The notes below the pieces were generated by a model, which saw only the letters and a list, made by a program, of their open reading frames with translations, was not told the origin of the DNA and ran no database searches. Below are positions 54,614-60,610 of a stretch of 60,610 nucleotides of DNA, one piece after another (the stretch's first letter is position 1; each line of letters opens with the position of its first letter). The translations under genes were made by a program, and so were the position numbers. The DNA comes from an uncultured Armatimonadetes bacterium. Its GTDB lineage: Bacteria; Armatimonadota; UBA5829; DTJY01. Where the stretch lies: contig CALNCU010000173.1 of the NCBI GenBank assembly GCA_937875395.1, positions 1 through 60,610 on the forward strand. The letters run 5' to 3'.

Positions 54614-57120
54614 CATCCAAACTTAATCTAAAGCTTATCCGCGACCTTAGATTCTCACCGCTCATGTTTGGCGGAATTGTGCTGCTGGTAGCCGTTGGGG
54701 TGATGCTCTTTGTTGCCGCCTACTCGCTATATCTCAATCTGCAAAGCTCTTACGCAACCTCTTACAGCCGTCTCAATCTGGCCGATTTCTCTGTTCAGGT
54801 GCAAAGCGCCCCGCAGGAAGTGCTGTCAACACTGCGCCAAATTCCGGGTGTGGGCGAAGTTGAGGGAAGGACCATAGAAGAGGTGGAGATGGAGCAGCCG
54901 GAGATGATTAGCAGAAAGGTGGAAGGCCGCATTATAAGTCTCCCGGATATCGGCGAGCCCAAACTCAATCAACTAAAACTGCTCTCCGGCGCATATCCGC
55001 GGCAGGATTCGGCGCGCGAGCTGCTGCTGGAATCAAGCTTTGCCGGGTACTACGGCTACAGGCCGGGGGATAGCTTAAACATTGTCATCCTGGACGATAA
55101 AGTGAAATTCAGGATTGCAGGCATAGTGCAAAGCCCCGAATATATCTATGTTGTGCGCGGGCGGGGATACCCCCTGCCTAACCCCAGAACCTTCGGCGTT
55201 ATGTGGATGCGCAAAGGCATGGTTGATGAAATGTTCGGCACATCAGGCTCCGTGAACGATGTTGAGGTTGGGATGGCGCCCGGTGGTAACCGCAGAACAG
55301 CCATGCGCCTGGCATCAAAAATATTAAGCCCGTACGGTGCAGATGAACCGGTGGCATCGGAAAACCAGGCCAGCGTAGAGCTTCTGCGGCTGGATCTGGC
55401 CGGCCATAGAAGGCTGGCAATCTTTTTTCCCATACTCTTCTTCACCATATCAAGCCTGAGCATATACAATCTGCTTGGCAGAATGGTCTACTCGCAGCGC
55501 AGCCAGATAGGGTTTATGCGGGCGGTGGGGTTTTCAAGATTGGCTATAGGCGTGCATTATTTGGAGTTCTCTATCCTGGTAGGCGTGGCGGGCGGGGTGA
55601 TAGGGGGAGTTGCAGGATACTACATAGGCATATGGGTTACTAAACTTGGCACCACCCTGGTACAGATTCCATATTATAACATTACTCCCAGATGGGGCGT
55701 AATTGCGGTGGGCATAATCAGCGCGCTGCTGGTAATAGTGGTCTCGGGCGCGTTCCCTGCGCTCTCCGCGGCAAGGCTTGTGCCGGCGCAAGCAATAAGA
55801 GCCGAAGCCCCTATAGTGGGCAGAGTTCCAATTATAGAGAGATACCTTCCGTTTTTAGACAAATTCACGCTGTTATCCAGATTGCCGCTCAGGAACTTCC
55901 TGCGCAATATTCGGCGAACGGTGTCTATGATAGCTGGCGTGGTATCGGCCGTTACGCTTATGCTTGTCTCCTATGGTTTGCTGGATTCAATGAAAGCCTC
56001 CATAGATTTCTACCTGACTTACAGCATCCATTATGACATACTTGCGGCGTACCTTCATCCCCAGGATCAGGTAGCAATGGAGAGGATAGAGCGGTGGAAG
56101 GGGGTCATCCGCGCAGAACCGGTGCTGGTGTTGCCCGCAAAGCTGGTGCATGCGGGCAGGAGCCAGAATATCCTGGTATACGGATTGCGGCCCGGCGACC
56201 GGTTGATGTTGCTGGTTGAGCCGGACGGCAGAAAGGTAGATATTGCCAAGGTGGGATTAATGGTTCCGGAATTAACCGCCAAAAAACTTAAGTTAAGGAG
56301 CGGCGGAAGAGTCCGTATTACCCTGCCCAAGCAGACAATACCGGAGACTCCGGATGCGGGCGCAACGCAAACTCTAAATCCGCTTCTAAGAGCAGCAGGA
56401 ATCCACGGCCCATCGCCGCGCCAGAGCATACTGGGCTCAAGCCGGGCGCTTCTGGAGACTAAAATGGATCGTCCTGTGCAAGTAAGCGCAGTAACCTACC
56501 AGCCCGTCGGGAGCACGGCGTATGCATCTATAGAGCAAGTAAGGCTGTGGTACGGCCGCCCGCTGGATCTTCCTCCCAAGGCTATTAATGCCGTGGCAAT
56601 AAAGGTAGAGCCCAAGTACCTGCAAACCGTAGAACGGAAGCTATACGGCCTGGATGGAGTGGCATCCGCAGAGGTAGTAAGGTATATCCGGGAGGAGATT
56701 CAGCGGTTACTAAGCCAGAGCAGCGTATTTTTTAACGCCATGCTGGCTTTTTCTATAGTGCTGGCGGCAGTAATAATGTTTAACTCAACGCTCATGAACG
56801 TAATTGAGCGCACAAGAGAGATAGCCACACTCCGCACAATGGGCGTTAGTGTAAGGTCTGCATCATTGTTGATCACAGCAGAGAGTATAATGGCGTATGT
56901 TGTGGGAATTATGGCAGGAGTCCCGTTTGGGTCGTGGCTGGCCGGCCGGTTTGTAGGGCTTTATGAGAGCGAATCCTTTAATATGCAGGCGGTTATCTTC
57001 CCCGGAACCTACTGGATTGCAATACTGGGCGTTCTGGCAACCATATTAATTGCGCAACTGCCGGGAATCCTGTATATCCGCAAAATAGAACTAACCAAAG
57101 CCACAAAGGATATAGGTTAA
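54607..57120 (+). CDS. FtsX/MacB-like ABC permease with duplicated domains
   Basis: QRSQIGFMRAVG and ERTREIATLRTMG repeats; eight TMs. Confidence 0.9.
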   Translation: MVTSKLNLKLIRDLRFSPLMFGGIVLLVAVGVMLFVAAYSLYLNLQSSYATSYSRLNLADFSVQVQSAPQEVLSTLRQIPGVGEVEGRTIEEVEMEQPEMISRKVEGRIISLPDIGEPKLNQLKLLSGAYPRQDSARELLLESSFAGYYGYRPGDSLNIVILDDKVKFRIAGIVQSPEYIYVVRGRGYPLPNPRTFGVMWMRKGMVDEMFGTSGSVNDVEVGMAPGGNRRTAMRLASKILSPYGADEPVASENQASVELLRLDLAGHRRLAIFFPILFFTISSLSIYNLLGRMVYSQRSQIGFMRAVGFSRLAIGVHYLEFSILVGVAGGVIGGVAGYYIGIWVTKLGTTLVQIPYYNITPRWGVIAVGIISALLVIVVSGAFPALSAARLVPAQAIRAEAPIVGRVPIIERYLPFLDKFTLLSRLPLRNFLRNIRRTVSMIAGVVSAVTLMLVSYGLLDSMKASIDFYLTYSIHYDILAAYLHPQDQVAMERIERWKGVIRAEPVLVLPAKLVHAGRSQNILVYGLRPGDRLMLLVEPDGRKVDIAKVGLMVPELTAKKLKLRSGGRVRITLPKQTIPETPDAGATQTLNPLLRAAGIHGPSPRQSILGSSRALLETKMDRPVQVSAVTYQPVGSTAYASIEQVRLWYGRPLDLPPKAINAVAIKVEPKYLQTVERKLYGLDGVASAEVVRYIREEIQRLLSQSSVFFNAMLAFSIVLAAVIMFNSTLMNVIERTREIATLRTMGVSVRSASLLITAESIMAYVVGIMAGVPFGSWLAGRFVGLYESESFNMQAVIFPGTYWIAILGVLATILIAQLPGILYIRKIELTKATKDIG

Positions 57121-57185
57121 CTTACATATCCATCCAATTCCACGCTTGGCTGCGGATTCCACCAAAAACAATTGCAACCGATGGC

Positions 57186-57247
57186 TTGACAAATGCCGAA
57201 AGTACATATATTATATAAATACCTTAGCTAAAGTATGGCTAAAGTAT
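57186..57247 (+). promoter_or_regulatory. promoter with tandem GCTAAAGTAT repeats
   Basis: TTGACA-N17-TATTAT; GCTAAAGTAT at 57227 and 57238. Confidence 0.55.
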
Positions 57248-57264
57248 ATAGACGGGGCGGCAGA

Positions 57265-58389
57265 ATGAAAATAGGTAAGAATGATTCGCTTCCTTTATAC
57301 ATCCAGCTGAAAAATATAATCAGCCATAACATAAATAACGGCATATGGAATCCCGGCGATGTTTTGCCCGCAGAAACTGAGCTGTGCCAAAAATATGATA
57401 TCAGCCAGATAACGGTAAGGCGCGCATTAAAAGACCTGGCTAAAGAAGGCTGCCTGGTAAGGATAAAAGGCAAAGGCACATTTGTAGCCTTTGAAAAAAA
57501 CAACAAACAAGTAAAACAAAAAAGAATAGCCTTAATTGTGCCGGACATAGAAGACCTCTTTATTGCTCAAATATACAAAGGCATAGAAGACGTTGCGCGC
57601 CAAAGAGGGTATCAGATTGCCACATACAGCTCTGCAAGGTCTATAGAGGGAGAGAGCAGCAATTTAAATCTGCTTATGGGCGGAAGCGAGATTGGCGCAA
57701 TCCTCTTTACATATTGGGGCCAGTTCAACGCAGGCCACATACTCAAACTAAAGAAGAACGGGTATCCGTTTGTTTTAATTGATAGATACTTCCCGGAGAT
57801 AGAAACAGATACAGTTACTGTTGATAATATAAATGGCGCATACTCCGCCGCAAAGCATCTGGTAGATTTAGGGCACAGGCGCATAGGTTTTATTGCCGGC
57901 GTTCCGTGCACCGCCAACCTTGACCGGGCAGAGGGGTACAGAAGAGCCCTGGGAGATGCCGGAATCCCCTATAATCCCGATTTGGTTCAGCATATCTCTA
58001 CGGTAGATACGGCAGGCAGCATAAGGTTTGAGCCGGATGATACCGGCGGCTATAATGCAATGCACGCAATATTAAAGATCAATCCAAGACCCACGGCAAT
58101 ATTCGCCTGCAACGACTACATAGCGTTGGGTGCAATAAAAGCCATAAAAGAAGAAGGTCTGCGTATCCCGGATGATATATCCATAGTGGGATTTGATGAT
58201 CTAAAATTCTGCAGCACGCTGGATGTCCCGCTAACTACGGTGCGCCAGCCAAAACGGGAGATAGGCGAAAACGCTGCTCAAATACTCATAGATAAAATTG
58301 AACGCAGCAGCAGCCATATTCAGAAAATAGTTTTGCCTACAAAACTGATTGTAAGAGAATCCGCAGGCGCAGAAAAGACTAACATATAG
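57265..58389 (+). CDS. GntR HTH-LacI-type sensor regulator
   Basis: PLYIQL, LPAETEL, TVRRAL and GKGTFV; GHRRIG, IPDDISIVGFDD and LTTVRQP. Confidence 0.92.
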   Translation: MKIGKNDSLPLYIQLKNIISHNINNGIWNPGDVLPAETELCQKYDISQITVRRALKDLAKEGCLVRIKGKGTFVAFEKNNKQVKQKRIALIVPDIEDLFIAQIYKGIEDVARQRGYQIATYSSARSIEGESSNLNLLMGGSEIGAILFTYWGQFNAGHILKLKKNGYPFVLIDRYFPEIETDTVTVDNINGAYSAAKHLVDLGHRRIGFIAGVPCTANLDRAEGYRRALGDAGIPYNPDLVQHISTVDTAGSIRFEPDDTGGYNAMHAILKINPRPTAIFACNDYIALGAIKAIKEEGLRIPDDISIVGFDDLKFCSTLDVPLTTVRQPKREIGENAAQILIDKIERSSSHIQKIVLPTKLIVRESAGAEKTNI

Positions 58390-58618
58390 TTTTGCAGATG
58401 CTCTGTTTCCATCCGTTGTAACGGCTGCATGTGCCGCTGCAACCAGTATTGCAATTAACACAATAAAAGCAGGGAGCTGGTATGAGATATTGGAGAATCA
58501 GATTATATAAGCCATCTCTTTATCTACTGCCAAAATTAATACCGGGCAGTTAGAGTTATGTTGGCACAGCGGCGTCCTGGCAGGCCGCCAATCAAATATA
58601 AGAAAGGGATAACAAAAA

Positions 58619-59590
58619 ATGGTTACAAACAGCTGGCAACTACCGCCTAAAGGCGGGCACATGGAATCAAGCGACGGCATCTATCTGCAGAACATGACAT
58701 GGAAGCAGATTGAGGAGAGGCTTGCCACAAATGATACAATTATAATCCCCATAGGGGCAACAGAGGCGCACGGGCCCCACGCCTGCATAGGGGAAGATAC
58801 CTTCCTGGTAACCCGCATGGCAGAACAGGTAGCGCAGAGGTGCGGATGCACCGTAGCGCAACCCATCTGGTACGGCTCTCACCCATACCACCATGTAGGC
58901 ATGCCCGGAACAATAGTAGTGCCGGAAGAGATATTCTGCGGCCAGATAAGAGCAGTCATGGCCGGACTATGGAACATGGGCTTCCGCAAACAGATACTCC
59001 TAAACGGACACGGTCAGGAATACGTCATCCCAACAGCCATCCACCAGTTTGCAAAAAGGTACCAGGTACCCGGAGTCTTTATAAACCTCAACTGGTACCA
59101 CGCAGTGCCGGAACACTTTAAGACAAAAGAAGACGGCGGCGTATATGACACCCCGTTCATCCATGCAGACGAAGTAGAAACAAGCTGGTCTCTGGCCCTC
59201 TTCCCAGAGTTTATGGACATGGAAGCAGTAGTAGATACCACCCCCACCGGATACCTCCCGGAAGGGCACGTAGACAAAGCCGGCAACCTGCTCCACCGTC
59301 CCATCTGCTGGTACGGGCAGGTAGGATGCGGCCCAATAGAAATATCTGCATACCCTGAAGGCGTAGTAGGAAAGGCCACCGCAGCCAGCGCAGAAAAAGC
59401 CAAACCCGGCATATCAGCCTTCATGGACTACATGGAAAAACTACACAACGACATAATGGAAAAGTTCCCGGCGGGAGTATTGCCCCCGGTAAGCGAGATA
59501 ACCGGACGGAAGGCCGAAGACATAGAAGCAGTAGTAAAAGGCCCCCTCAAAGGCGGAAGAAGCATCTACACCCTGGCCTACCCCACATAG
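58619..59590 (+). CDS. iolN: 3-dehydro-scyllo-inosose hydrolase (creatininase family)
   Basis: GEDTFLVTRMAEQVA, HPYHHVGMPGT, NGHGQE and PFIHADEVETSWSLALFPE closely resemble Thermotoga IolN as recalled. Confidence 0.85.
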   Translation: MVTNSWQLPPKGGHMESSDGIYLQNMTWKQIEERLATNDTIIIPIGATEAHGPHACIGEDTFLVTRMAEQVAQRCGCTVAQPIWYGSHPYHHVGMPGTIVVPEEIFCGQIRAVMAGLWNMGFRKQILLNGHGQEYVIPTAIHQFAKRYQVPGVFINLNWYHAVPEHFKTKEDGGVYDTPFIHADEVETSWSLALFPEFMDMEAVVDTTPTGYLPEGHVDKAGNLLHRPICWYGQVGCGPIEISAYPEGVVGKATAASAEKAKPGISAFMDYMEKLHNDIMEKFPAGVLPPVSEITGRKAEDIEAVVKGPLKGGRSIYTLAYPT

Positions 59591-59650
59591 GGTAGGCTCT
59601 GCTGCCGAAGCCTTAGCAGATAAACTATAACTTTTGAAACGGTATATAGA

Positions 59651-60451
59651 ATGAAGCTATCCATAGCCATCTCCTGGCAGGAGACAAAATTTGGGGCCAT
59701 TGCAAAAGGCGATGCGCCGGCGCTGATAGACCATGCAAAATCTCTGGGATACGATGCCGTAGAGCTTGCCGTCTGCAACCCGGATGCTGTTGATGCAGAG
59801 AGCCTGTTGCGCTGCCTTAACGGAATGCCGGTAAGCGCCATGGGAACCGGGCAGGCATTCCTCACAGACGGGCTCTCCTTCACAGACGGCAGTGCCTCCG
59901 TTAGAAGAAGTGCTATGGAGCGGCTTGCATCTCACTGCCGCCTGGCATCGCGCATAGGCTGCCCGCTGGTAATAGTGGGCCTCATCCGCGGAAGGAGTGG
60001 CAAACAACGCAATTTGGTTGAATGTTTGCGCCGGGTCTGCATATTGGCAGAAGAGGTGGGGGTAAGGCTTGTTATAGAACCCATAAACCGGTATGAAACA
60101 GAACTGGTAAACACCGCAGAGTCGGCCATGGAACTAATAGATCAGGTTGGAGCCGCTAATCTGGGCCTGCTGCTGGATACCTTCCATATGAATATAGAAG
60201 AATCAAACCCGGCGGCAAGCCTGATAAAATGCAAAGAACGGCTCTGGCATGTACACTTTGCAGATTCCAACAGACTGTCGCCGGGAGCAGGGCACATAGA
60301 TTTTGCCCAGGTTGCGGGGATTCTGCAGGCGCTCAAGTACGGCGGATACATCTCTGCAGAGATAGTCCCAAAACCTGATGCGCAAAGTGCAATGGAGAAC
60401 GCGCTGCATAATATGCGGCGTTCAGCAGGCACTGCAGCCAGTACTCTGTAA
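59651..60451 (+). CDS. iolO: 5-keto-L-gluconate epimerase (sugar phosphate isomerase/epimerase family)
   Basis: GTGQA...DGLS, GLIRG, EPINRYE, DTFHMNIEE and HFADSNR motifs; adjacent to iolN. Confidence 0.82.
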   Translation: MKLSIAISWQETKFGAIAKGDAPALIDHAKSLGYDAVELAVCNPDAVDAESLLRCLNGMPVSAMGTGQAFLTDGLSFTDGSASVRRSAMERLASHCRLASRIGCPLVIVGLIRGRSGKQRNLVECLRRVCILAEEVGVRLVIEPINRYETELVNTAESAMELIDQVGAANLGLLLDTFHMNIEESNPAASLIKCKERLWHVHFADSNRLSPGAGHIDFAQVAGILQALKYGGYISAEIVPKPDAQSAMENALHNMRRSAGTAASTL

Positions 60452-60550
60452 ACCTGGACCTGCAAGTTCAAACAAGGCTTCGGCAGCGATGCACTAAAGT
60501 GCTCTGCAACCGAAGTACCAATAACCATAATTAATTTGGTGAGCCGCCAG
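60438..60550 (+). mobile_element. single-unit copy of the repeat/MITE family flanked by CCAG direct repeats
   Basis: Left end matches 11320-11365; right end TAATTTGGTGAGCCG matches the 44 kb copy; CCAG on both sides. Confidence 0.75.
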
Positions 60551-60565
60551 ACTAATCCAGGGGAG

Positions 60566-60610
60566 CTGGGGCATCACCCCAGAGGCGCCGCTGCCGAAGC
60601 CAGGGGCATC
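60566..60610 (-). repeat. internally deleted repeat unit in inverted orientation, truncated by the window end
   Basis: Reverse complement GATGCCCCTGGCTTCGGCAGCGGCGCCTCTGGGGTGATGCCCC matches unit 2 of the 11.4 kb array. Confidence 0.7.

Overview
Core-plus-accessory chromosomal segment of a diderm bacterium, most likely Armatimonadota. This is inferred from the type IV prepilin-like '[34 protein letters not shown]' protein together with TolC and LolA-like genes. Housekeeping content: tatD (partial), mraZ, bioY, mpg, a thioredoxin-disulfide reductase, cdaA-cdaR, tRNA-Ser(GCT), pyrG, thiD and a TPP-riboswitch-controlled thiSGHFE operon. Accessory content: a six-gene envelope export operon headed by an unusual in-frame AbrB-TolC fusion, a ~16 kb sugar-catabolic island (GH78, GNAT, M28, FAD oxidoreductase, UroD-like, AraC, AGE-like epimerase, GntR/LacI regulator and a pilin-led secreted CBM/GH/LamG cassette), a MacAB-like ABC exporter and Thermotoga-type iolN-iolO inositol genes. 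A modular palindromic MITE/REP-like family occurs at about 11.3, 44.0 and 60.5 kb, and a second MITE with TTAG flanks abuts the 44 kb copy. The most unusual items are the AbrB-TolC fusion with an ABC+LolA+RND operon, mraZ detached from the dcw cluster and co-transcribed with an orphan Zn-finger gene, the pilin-led carbohydrate cassette, the repeat family, and a CdaA with an altered RHR motif. All family calls come from motif recognition by eye; no database searches were run.
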